From Bacteroidota bacterium (GTDB lineage: Bacteria; Bacteroidota; Bacteroidia; Chitinophagales; Chitinophagaceae): a DNA stretch of 57,111 bases. The position numbers and the translations under genes were made by a program. The stretch lies in assembly GCA_041156925.1 (NCBI GenBank), contig JBEBDP010000011.1, positions 1 to 57,111 of the forward strand, read 5' to 3'. A model generated the notes under the pieces. It was given only the letters and a program-made list of their open reading frames with translations. It had not been told where the DNA came from and ran no database searches. The first letter of the stretch is position 1. The number at the start of each line of letters is the position of its first letter. Of this stretch, positions 49,484 through 57,111 are shown one piece after another.

Positions 49484-51631
49484 TTAAGCGTCTTTTGCCT
49501 TACCCTTCACCCTAGCAATTACTTCCTCAGCAATATTGTTTGGTGCTGGGTTGTAATGAGAGAACTCCATGGTTGAAGATGCACGTCCAGACGACAATGA
49601 ACGGAGCTGTGTAACGTAACCAAACATTTCACTCAATGGCACTTTCGCCTTGATTACCTGCGCACCTGCTCTGCTGTCCATTCCCTCCAACATACCTCTC
49701 CTTCTGTTCAAGTCACCTGTAACATCACCCATGTACTGCTCTGGAGTAATTACCTCAACCTTCATGATTGGCTCCAACAATACTGGCTTCGCCTTTCTCG
49801 CCGCCTCACGGAAACCTTGCTTAGCACAAAGTTCGAAAGACATTGAGTCAGAGTCAACCTGGTGGAAGCTACCGTCGAAAATTCTCACCTTCATGCTCTC
49901 TACAGGATAGTTAGCCAATACACCAGTAGTCATTGATTGCTCAAAACCTTTCTGGATAGCAGGAATAAATTCACGTGGGATAGATCCACCGAAAATATCG
50001 TTTACAAACTGCATCGACTTACCTGCGTTTTCTTTCAACCATTCTGCATCTGCTGGACCAAATTCAAACACGATATCTGCGAACTTACCACGACCACCAG
50101 TCTGCTTCTTCAAAGTCTCACGGTGCTGTACAGATGCTTGGAAAGCCTCTTTGTATGCCACCTGTGGAGCACCTTGGTTAACTTCTACTTTAAACTCTCT
50201 GCGCATACGGTCTACGATGATCTCCAAGTGCAATTCACCCATACCACTGAGGATGGTCTGACCTGTTTCTTCATCTGTCTTTACACGCAAGGTTGGATCT
50301 TCTTCTACCAACTTAGATATTGCCAAGCCCATTTTATCTACGTCAGCTTGCGCCTTTGGCTCAACTGCCACAGAAATTACCGGCTCTGGTATAAACATGT
50401 TCTCCAATACAATCGGATGGTTCTCATCACACAAAGTATCACCAGTCTTGATTTCCTTGAAACCTACCGCAGCACCAATATCACCAGCTTCGATGAAATC
50501 AATTGGATTCTGCTTGTTTGCAAACATCTTCATGATACGGCTGATACGCTCTTTCTTACCACTTCTTACGTTCAACACATAAGAACCGGCATCAAGGTGA
50601 CCAGAATATACACGGAAGAATGCAAGACGACCAACGAATGGGTCTGTCATGATTTTGAATGCCAACGCTGCAAATGGTTCAGAAGCTTCAGGCTTACGCA
50701 CCAAAGTTTCTCCATTATCAGGATTGGTTCCTTCTACTGCATCGATATCAACTGGTGAAGGGAGGTAACGGCAAACTGCATCCAATGCGGTTTGTACACC
50801 CTTGTTCTTGAATGAAGAACCGCACATCATTGGTACGATACTCAAATCAATACAAGCCTTACGAATAGCCTCATGTACTTCTTCTTCAGTGATTGAATTT
50901 GGATCTTCAAAGAACTTCTCCAATAATTTATCATCATACTCAGCAACTGCCTCAATCAAATTTTGTCTCCACTCATTTGCTTCTTCAACCATATCAGCTG
51001 GTACAGGAATCTCGTCGAAGGTCATTCCCTCAGTTTCCATATGCCAGATAATACCCTTCATCTTGATCAAGTCAACCACACCCTTGAAATTGTCTTCCGC
51101 ACCAATTGGCAATTGCAAAGGCACTGCCTTAGCACCCAACATCTCTTTCACCTGCTTAACCACCATAAGGAAGTCAGCACCACTACGGTCCATTTTGTTT
51201 ACAAAGCCAATCCTTGGAACCTTGTAACGGTTAGCCTGACGCCATACTGTTTCCGACTGTGGCTCAACACCATCAACCGCAGAAAACAAGGCAATCAAAC
51301 CATCCAATACACGCATAGAACGCTCTACCTCTACGGTGAAGTCCACGTGACCTGGAGTATCAATAATGTTGAAATAATATTTCTTTGTGTCAGGAGTTTG
51401 CTTACCCAATACTGTTGGGAAGTTCCACTGGCAGCTTACTGCCGCTGAAGTAATGGTAATACCACGCTCTTTTTCCTGCTCCATCCAGTCAGTAGTAGCT
51501 GCACCATCGTGCACCTCACCGATCTTGTGAATCATACCTGTGTAGCGTAGGATACGCTCTGTTGTTGTGGTCTTACCAGCGTCGATGTGTGCGGCAATTC
51601 CGAAGTTGCGTTGAAATTTCAAGTCTGCCAT
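49484..51631 (-). CDS. fusA: Elongation factor G
   Basis: [39 protein letters not shown]. Confidence 0.99.
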   Translation of the reverse strand: MADLKFQRNFGIAAHIDAGKTTTTERILRYTGMIHKIGEVHDGAATTDWMEQEKERGITITSAAVSCQWNFPTVLGKQTPDTKKYYFNIIDTPGHVDFTVEVERSMRVLDGLIALFSAVDGVEPQSETVWRQANRYKVPRIGFVNKMDRSGADFLMVVKQVKEMLGAKAVPLQLPIGAEDNFKGVVDLIKMKGIIWHMETEGMTFDEIPVPADMVEEANEWRQNLIEAVAEYDDKLLEKFFEDPNSITEEEVHEAIRKACIDLSIVPMMCGSSFKNKGVQTALDAVCRYLPSPVDIDAVEGTNPDNGETLVRKPEASEPFAALAFKIMTDPFVGRLAFFRVYSGHLDAGSYVLNVRSGKKERISRIMKMFANKQNPIDFIEAGDIGAAVGFKEIKTGDTLCDENHPIVLENMFIPEPVISVAVEPKAQADVDKMGLAISKLVEEDPTLRVKTDEETGQTILSGMGELHLEIIVDRMRREFKVEVNQGAPQVAYKEAFQASVQHRETLKKQTGGRGKFADIVFEFGPADAEWLKENAGKSMQFVNDIFGGSIPREFIPAIQKGFEQSMTTGVLANYPVESMKVRIFDGSFHQVDSDSMSFELCAKQGFREAARKAKPVLLEPIMKVEVITPEQYMGDVTGDLNRRRGMLEGMDSRAGAQVIKAKVPLSEMFGYVTQLRSLSSGRASSTMEFSHYNPAPNNIAEEVIARVKGKAKDA

Positions 51632-51710
51632 GACTATTTTGTTGTTTAATTTTTTATACGAATTGGGACCAAAATTGAGTGCTGTTTCTGCACCCTACTT
51701 TTTGCGGATG

Positions 51711-51718
51711 CAAAGTTA
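51711..51718 (-). promoter_or_regulatory. fusA promoter -7 element TAACTTTG
   Basis: TAnnTTTG match just downstream of the rpsG terminator. Confidence 0.65.
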
Positions 51719-51743
51719 AGACAAGCACTGCAGATATGGAAAT

Positions 51744-51773
51744 AAAAAAGGGTTGCCAAACAGCAACCCTTTT
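51744..51773 (-). terminator. rpsL-rpsG intrinsic terminator
   Basis: AAAAGGGTTGC-CAAACA-GCAACCCTTTT, with T6 on the minus strand. Confidence 0.85.
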
Positions 51774-51790
51774 CAACATTTATTTCAGGA

Positions 51791-52258
51791 TTATACACGG
51801 AAGTGAGCAAAAGCCTTGTTAGCTTCAGCCATACGGTGTGTATCTTCTTTTTTCTTGAAAGCTCCACCTTCACCCTTGCTCGCTGCCACGATCTCGTTAG
51901 CCAATTTGTCTGACATGCTGCGACCGTTACGCTCTCTTGAGAAACGTACCAACCACTTGATGCTCAAAGAAATCTTTCTATCAGGACGTACTTCAGATGG
52001 AATCTGGAAAGTTGCACCACCAATACGACGGCTTCTTACCTCAACAGCTGGAGTAACATTACCCAATGCTTTTTTCCATACTTCATAACCGTCTTCACCG
52101 GTCATCTTTGAAACTTTATCAAGGGCATCATAAAAAATATTCAATGATGCATCCTTCTTTCCCTGCCACATTACGTTGTTTACAAAACGTGTAACCAAAG
52201 TATCATTAAACTTTGGATCTGGTGCTAAGGGTAATTTTTTTGCTCTTGACTTCCTCAT
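51791..52258 (-). CDS. rpsG: 30S ribosomal protein uS7
   Basis: [29 protein letters not shown]. Confidence 0.99.
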   Translation of the reverse strand: MRKSRAKKLPLAPDPKFNDTLVTRFVNNVMWQGKKDASLNIFYDALDKVSKMTGEDGYEVWKKALGNVTPAVEVRSRRIGGATFQIPSEVRPDRKISLSIKWLVRFSRERNGRSMSDKLANEIVAASKGEGGAFKKKEDTHRMAEANKAFAHFRV

Positions 52259-52283
52259 CTATATAGGTTTCGATGTTTTAATG

Positions 52284-52664
52284 TTACTTTTTGGCCTTTT
52301 CACGCTTGGTACCATACTTAGATCTGCTTTGCTTACGGTCTTTTACACCAGCAGTATCCAAACTACCTCTTACAATATGGTAACGTACACCCGGCAAATC
52401 CTTCACACGACCACCTCTAATCAATACGATAGAGTGCTCCTGTAGGTTATGACCTTCACCTGGGATGTAGGCAATCACCTCAATTTTATTGGTTAAACGC
52501 ACCTTAGCTACCTTTCTCAAGGCTGAGTTAGGCTTCTTAGGTGTAGTAGTGTATACACGTGTACAAACGCCACGGCGTTGTGGACAAGCATCTAAAGCCC
52601 TAGACTTGCTCTTGGCTTTGATGATCTCTCTTCCTTTTCTTACGAGCTGTTGAATTGTAGGCAT
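52284..52664 (-). CDS. rpsL: 30S ribosomal protein uS12
   Basis: [31 protein letters not shown]. Confidence 0.99.
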   Translation of the reverse strand: MPTIQQLVRKGREIIKAKSKSRALDACPQRRGVCTRVYTTTPKKPNSALRKVAKVRLTNKIEVIAYIPGEGHNLQEHSIVLIRGGRVKDLPGVRYHIVRGSLDTAGVKDRKQSRSKYGTKREKAKK

Positions 52665-52688
52665 TCTACCCTTTTTTTAACGGGACGG

Positions 52689-52696
52689 CAAAGGTA
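52689..52696 (-). promoter_or_regulatory. rpsL promoter -7 element TACCTTTG
   Basis: Lies in CTACCTTTGCCGTCCC, identical to the rpsA promoter. Confidence 0.75.
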
Positions 52697-52751
52697 GGAG
52701 TAAATTTTCAAAATCCAAACGCCTTTGTCCCACTTTTTTTGTTCCCTTTTT

Positions 52752-53822
52752 TTAATCGCTCACTTTTACCATCCAACCACGGGTGTCGGGCGCCAATCCA
52801 TCTCGGATATCGGTCAGCCTTTTTTTGAGCTCATCCGCTACCGGCTGGTTCAAAGGGTTGAAGGTCATTATGAAATTTCTATAATTGATTTCTTCAATCT
52901 TGGCAATGGTTGCAGCAGTCCCTGAGCCAAAAGCCTCAGTAAAAGTTCCTGCTCTATACGCCTCTGCCAATTCATCTATTGACACCTCTCTTTCCTCAAC
53001 TGGAATTCCTAAATCACCTGCCACCTTCACCACACTGTCACGCGTAACCCCTTCTAAAATTGTCCCAGATTCCAATCCCGGCGTCAAAAGCTTGCCCCCC
53101 ACGAGGAAGAACACATTCATGGTACCACATTCCTGTACATATTTATGCTCAGTGGCATCTGTCCACAAAACCTGATCGTATCCTCTCTCCTTTGCCACCG
53201 CAAAGGGGTGCAAAGAAGCAGCGTAATTTCCTGCAGTCTTGGCATTTCCTACACCTCCGCGTGCTGCACGCACATATTCTTCTTCCACCCAAAGACGCAT
53301 GGGAGCTGCATAATAGGCGCCAACGGGACTCAAAATGACCAAGAATTTATAAGTGTTTGAAGGCATTACACGCATCACTTGGTCCGTTGCAAACATGAAT
53401 GGCCTGATATACATAGCATGCTCTAATTCATGTGGAATCCATTGATCATCTACCTCTAATAATTTTTTCATGCCTCCCATGAATATTTCTTCTGGAACTT
53501 CTGGCATCTCCATCCTCAATGCTGAACGATTGAACCTTTTAAGGTTCTCATGCGGACGATAAATGGCTGCACTGCCGTCTTTCATTCGATAGGCCTTGAT
53601 TCCTTCAAATATTGATTGACCATAATGGATGGCTGATAATGCCGGCTCAAACGAAAGTGGTCCGTATGGTACGATTTCAGCACTTACCCACTGGCCATCT
53701 TTGTATTCCGCTACAAACATGTGGTCGGTGAAATAATTACCAAATCCCAAGTTGTTGAAATCAACCGACATCTTTTTGGATGTCGTCGCTTTCGTTATCT
53801 TTATCGCATCCATGATCTGCAT
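52752..53822 (-). CDS. ilvE: Branched-chain amino acid aminotransferase
   Basis: FG..FTDHM, HYGQSIFEG.KAY, YIRP, K.AGNYA, E.G.MN, ILEGVTR, GSGTAA. Confidence 0.95.
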   Translation of the reverse strand: MQIMDAIKITKATTSKKMSVDFNNLGFGNYFTDHMFVAEYKDGQWVSAEIVPYGPLSFEPALSAIHYGQSIFEGIKAYRMKDGSAAIYRPHENLKRFNRSALRMEMPEVPEEIFMGGMKKLLEVDDQWIPHELEHAMYIRPFMFATDQVMRVMPSNTYKFLVILSPVGAYYAAPMRLWVEEEYVRAARGGVGNAKTAGNYAASLHPFAVAKERGYDQVLWTDATEHKYVQECGTMNVFFLVGGKLLTPGLESGTILEGVTRDSVVKVAGDLGIPVEEREVSIDELAEAYRAGTFTEAFGSGTAATIAKIEEINYRNFIMTFNPLNQPVADELKKRLTDIRDGLAPDTRGWMVKVSD

Positions 53823-53881
53823 ATGCTATATTTTATGCAAAGAAACCAAATAAATGGCCATTAACAAAGGAAAGTGACGAT

Positions 53882-54364
53882 ATGGGCTCAACAGAAAATA
53901 ACATATTGCATAATGATGTGCTTACAGCACTGTTTAAAAACAGTTTTCTAGTCGACTTATCAGCTAACCAAGAAAACAAGGAAGAACAATCAGATGAGTC
54001 CAGACAAATAAAGGTATTGGTATTCCATCACCATGCTCAAAAGGAATTACCCTCATCACAACTTGCTTTGCTGGAAGCCATACTCAATGCCTGTAAATTA
54101 AATACCACACAAGTAATGATTTACAGCAAAAACGACACCCATGCTACACCACTCAATGCATTATTAGAAAAATACCAACCTCAAAAAATAATTTTATTTG
54201 GTGTTGATCCTGCTGCAATTGGACTCCCTATTCATTTTCCTGTTTTTCAAATTCAACAGTACCAACAAGCTCAGTACCTGCATGCACCATCGCTCACTGA
54301 TCTGGAAAATGAGAAACAATTGAAAATCCAACTCTGGCAAAAACTAAAACTGTTGTTCCCGTGA
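53882..54364 (+). CDS. Hypothetical protein, resembles DNA polymerase III psi (HolD)/UDG-like fold
   Basis: LLEAILNACKL, KIILFG and PSLTDL...K.QLWQ.LK resemble psi-like proteins. Weak, recall-based call. Confidence 0.4.
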   Translation: MGSTENNILHNDVLTALFKNSFLVDLSANQENKEEQSDESRQIKVLVFHHHAQKELPSSQLALLEAILNACKLNTTQVMIYSKNDTHATPLNALLEKYQPQKIILFGVDPAAIGLPIHFPVFQIQQYQQAQYLHAPSLTDLENEKQLKIQLWQKLKLLFP

Positions 54365-54954
54365 TGAAGAAAATTATTTTTGCCACCAACAACAAACACA
54401 AGGCCGATGAAATCAGAATGATTCTTGGTGAACAGTTTGATATCATAACGCTAAAAGAAGCGGGCATTTTTATTGATATCCCTGAGCCACATCATACGCT
54501 TAAAGAGAATGCGATTGAAAAGGCACAGGTGATTTACGAAATGAAAAAAGAGAATTGTTTTTCTGAAGACACAGGTCTTGAGGTTGAAGCGCTTGATGGC
54601 GCTCCAGGTGTATTCTCAGCCCGATATGCAGGAGAAAAGGCAACGGCTGATGATAATATCAAAAAATTACTATTAGCCTTAGATGGTAAGTCGAATAGAA
54701 AGGCTTGCTTTACCACCTGTATTTGTCTTATACTTGATGGAAAACAATATTTTTTTGAGGGAAAATGCCATGGCACTATAGCAACAACAGTTAATGGTGA
54801 GCATGGATTTGGTTATGATCCTGTTTTTATTCCTGATGGATATCAACATACTTTCGCAGAACTGGACCCCAAAATAAAATCCGAAATCAGTCACCGTAAA
54901 AAAGCAGTTTCCCAGATGGTCGACTTCCTTTTTCAAACGAAGCACAATAAATAA
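54364..54954 (+). CDS. rdgB: Non-canonical purine NTP pyrophosphatase RdgB/HAM1
   Basis: FATNNKHK, ENAIEKA, EDTGLEV.ALDGAPG.FSAR, GFGYDPVF, SHR. Confidence 0.96.
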   Translation: MKKIIFATNNKHKADEIRMILGEQFDIITLKEAGIFIDIPEPHHTLKENAIEKAQVIYEMKKENCFSEDTGLEVEALDGAPGVFSARYAGEKATADDNIKKLLLALDGKSNRKACFTTCICLILDGKQYFFEGKCHGTIATTVNGEHGFGYDPVFIPDGYQHTFAELDPKIKSEISHRKKAVSQMVDFLFQTKHNK

Positions 54955-54960
54955 ATTTAG

Positions 54961-55509
54961 ATGTCAAGCAACCAATTCCCCGATGATTACGACATAATAA
55001 GAGGTTGCCTCCAAAACAGTGCATCCATGCAAAAAATGCTGTATGATAAATATTCAGCCAAAATGTATGGAATAGCCGTCCGGTACGCACATGACCCTGA
55101 AGATGCAAAAGATATTTTACAGGACGGATTTGTAAAGGTTTTTCAAAACCTCAGCAAGTTCAAAGGCACTGGAGTATTCGAAGGATGGATGAGAAGGATT
55201 TTTGTGAATACGGCTATCGAGCACTACAGAAAGAAAAACAATACCTATGAAATCCAGGAATCTCATGAGGAGCAGATAAACGACCGAGAGATAAACGCGC
55301 TGGACAAATTAGCCGCGGTGGAAATTCTCAACATGGTAAAGTCGCTTCCCAATGGATACCGAACCGTTTTCAATCTGTTTGCAATTGAAGGTTACTCCCA
55401 CAAAGAGATTGCAGAAATGTTGAACATCAGTGAGGGAACAAGTAAATCTCAATATGCAAGAGCCAAAGCATTGCTGCAAGAAAAGATCAAAAACCATGAA
55501 AAAAATTAG
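54961..55509 (+). CDS. ECF RNA polymerase sigma factor
   Basis: DAKDILQDGFVKVF, FEGWMRRIFVNTAI, VFNLFAIEGYSHKEIAEMLNISEGTSKSQ. Confidence 0.95.
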   Translation: MSSNQFPDDYDIIRGCLQNSASMQKMLYDKYSAKMYGIAVRYAHDPEDAKDILQDGFVKVFQNLSKFKGTGVFEGWMRRIFVNTAIEHYRKKNNTYEIQESHEEQINDREINALDKLAAVEILNMVKSLPNGYRTVFNLFAIEGYSHKEIAEMLNISEGTSKSQYARAKALLQEKIKNHEKN

Positions 55510-55511
55510 CC

Positions 55512-55832
55512 ATGGAGTGGAATAAAAAAGTCAAGGACCGTTTGCAGCAACTTGAAGTTGCCCCACCCGATGAATGTTGGAGCAACATTCAATCAGAACT
55601 TCAAAAAGGGAAAACTATTCCATTATCAAGCCCCTATGCAAAAGCAATAAGCTGGTTAAAGTATAGTGCTGCGGCTGTTGTAACCGGACTCATCATGTTT
55701 ACGTTCATCAATCAATCTTTTCGCAATAACTTACAAAATGCAGTAATGGGACCAGGCACCAAAGCAGCAATTGTAGACACCACCCCAACCAATAAAATTG
55801 ATTCAATTGTAACTAACGACTCTACTCGTTAA
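55512..55832 (+). CDS. Small single-TM protein, putative anti-sigma factor
   Basis: Starts 2 bp after the ECF gene; N-terminal EVAPPDECWSNIQ (PP..W..I), TM YSAAAVVTGLIMFTFI, short C-terminal tail. Confidence 0.55.
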   Translation: MEWNKKVKDRLQQLEVAPPDECWSNIQSELQKGKTIPLSSPYAKAISWLKYSAAAVVTGLIMFTFINQSFRNNLQNAVMGPGTKAAIVDTTPTNKIDSIVTNDSTR

Positions 55833-55847
55833 TTCTAATATCTAGTA

Positions 55848-56288
55848 ATGGGTCAAAAAATCAATATCCCAACTCCGGTTTGTTTCAGCACATCAAGAAA
55901 AGTTACGGCAACGGACATCAATTATGGTGGTCATGCAGGCAATGAAAGATTTTTACTCTTTGCACAAGAAACAAGAATTGCCTTTTTATCTACACTCGGA
56001 TTTTCTGAAACAGCATTCGGCCCATACGGCCTTATTCTTGCAGAAGCACATATTGAATACTTGAATGAACTCTTTGATGAAGAAATCTTGACAATTGATT
56101 TGTCCATCACTGCTCCAACACGAGTTGCTTTTGAATGTTATTATCAAATCAAGACAAGCAGAGCTGGTAAAGAAATCAAGGCTGCAAACATCAGAACCAA
56201 CATGGTTTGCTTCGACTACACAGAAAGAAAAGTAAAATCAATCCCTGAGGATATTAAACAACTACTAGCAGCAAAATCACAAGGATAG
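55848..56288 (+). CDS. Thioesterase, 4HBT/YbgC-like HotDog fold
   Basis: DINYGGHAGN, AHIEY..ELF, T.MVCFDY. Confidence 0.82.
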   Translation: MGQKINIPTPVCFSTSRKVTATDINYGGHAGNERFLLFAQETRIAFLSTLGFSETAFGPYGLILAEAHIEYLNELFDEEILTIDLSITAPTRVAFECYYQIKTSRAGKEIKAANIRTNMVCFDYTERKVKSIPEDIKQLLAAKSQG

Positions 56289-56289
56289 T

Positions 56290-57021
56290 TTATTGATTCC
56301 AAATGTCCCAAGAAGCTTCGGCTTGAATAACCAGCATATCAGCACCATTTTCGATAACTGCACCTCTTCTCTCACCTTCTAACAAAAATTTTGTCTTTGC
56401 TGGATTGTATACCAAGTCGTATAAATAGTGTTGATCTGACAATAAATGATAAGGAAGATCTGGCGCCTCTTCAACATTTGGATACATACCCAATGGGGTT
56501 GTATTGATAATGACCGTATGCGATGCAATAACCTGCTCATCGATTTCCTGATAAGAAATTCTGCCTTCGCCCTTCACTCTACTAACCTCTAAAAAATCTA
56601 TCCCTTTTTTCTTAAGCACAAAATGAACTGCTTTCGCTGCACCTCCAGTACCTAATACAAGCGCACGTTGATGATGATTAGATAGTTTTCTCTCAAGCGT
56701 TTTTTCAAAGCCAATTACGTCGGTATTGTGTCCAATTAATTTTCCATCAAGAATACGAATACAATTGCATGCTTGAATTTCCTTCACAACTTCAGTCAGC
56801 ACATCTAAATAAGGAATTACCTGTTCTTTGTAAGGTATGGTAACATTCAACCCTTTTAAAGTTGTTTCAGTTTGCAGCAATGACGGGAGTTGCGAGATTT
56901 GATCAATAGGAAATAACTCATACTCATGATCTTGAATAGATTCACGTTCAAATTTTTCCGTGAAATATTTTTTAGAAAATGAGTGACTAAGCGGATATCC
57001 AATTAATCCATATTTAGTCAT
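56290..57021 (-). CDS. aroE: Shikimate dehydrogenase
   Basis: GYPLSHSFS, GLNVTIPYK, ACN, NTD, LGTGGAA, NTTPLGM, DLVYNP. Confidence 0.95.
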   Translation of the reverse strand: MTKYGLIGYPLSHSFSKKYFTEKFERESIQDHEYELFPIDQISQLPSLLQTETTLKGLNVTIPYKEQVIPYLDVLTEVVKEIQACNCIRILDGKLIGHNTDVIGFEKTLERKLSNHHQRALVLGTGGAAKAVHFVLKKKGIDFLEVSRVKGEGRISYQEIDEQVIASHTVIINTTPLGMYPNVEEAPDLPYHLLSDQHYLYDLVYNPAKTKFLLEGERRGAVIENGADMLVIQAEASWDIWNQ

Positions 57022-57030
57022 GGTTAGATT

Positions 57031-57111
57031 TTACTTGTTGAGGAACAGGCTAAACGTGTCTCCTCTTAACCCTATTCTCATGGCCTCTAAAGCAATGATT
57101 TCACTCGGAGC
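57031..57111 (-). CDS. comA: C-terminal end of a phosphosulfolactate synthase (ComA)-like protein (runs off the right edge)
   Basis: Translated by hand as APSEIIALEAMRIGLRGDTFSLFLNK*, matching the ComA C-terminal LE.LR.GLRGDT motif. Only 26 residues are visible. Confidence 0.7.
   Translation of the reverse strand, partial: APSEIIALEAMRIGLRGDTFSLFLNK

Noticed and set aside
49937-51448. Plus-strand ORFs of 273, 141 and 161 aa
   Set aside because: They are antisense shadows of the codon-biased fusA gene.
51646-51873. 75-aa minus-strand ORF overlapping the rpsG end
   Set aside because: It is out of frame with rpsG, runs through a terminator and a promoter, and has no recognisable features.
1-57111. 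Mobile elements, prophage, defence systems, CRISPR, tRNA/rRNA
   Set aside because: I saw no transposase, integrase, cas or phage-like ORFs. All intergenic gaps are under 300 bp and none shows a cloverleaf or spaced direct repeats by eye.

Overview
This is an AT-rich, very tightly packed core-genome region of a Bacteroidota bacterium. Chitinophagaceae-like is my inference from protein style and from TAnnTTTG -7 promoter elements. Positions 1-37 kb hold housekeeping genes: rsmG, a GT2, folC, rsmF, split pntAA/AB/B, folA-thyA, pafA, ubiX, lolA-ftsK, aroK, gcdH, mgtE, a photolyase, rpsA and peptidases. Positions 37-52.7 kb hold the str/S10/spc ribosomal protein cluster on the minus strand; it has no tuf and ends at secY-map with no infA, rpmJ or alpha operon. 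The right end holds ilvE, rdgB, an ECF sigma with a small anti-sigma, aroE and a partial comA. I saw no mobile elements, CRISPR arrays, tRNAs or rRNAs. Main leads: (1) an orphan minus-strand terminator defining a ~65-nt sRNA candidate whose 5' end is complementary to AUGAAAA-type start codons; (2) a cysteate acyltransferase (sulfonolipid synthesis) with K251/K281; (3) a strong Shine-Dalgarno plus GTG start on rpsA in an SD-poor phylum; (4) a 277-nt structured rpsJ-rplC spacer; (5) a 28-bp palindromic bidirectional, near-leaderless promoter; (6) an Fe-S-free (6-4)-photolyase-type protein. All calls were made by eye; no searches or folding programs were run.
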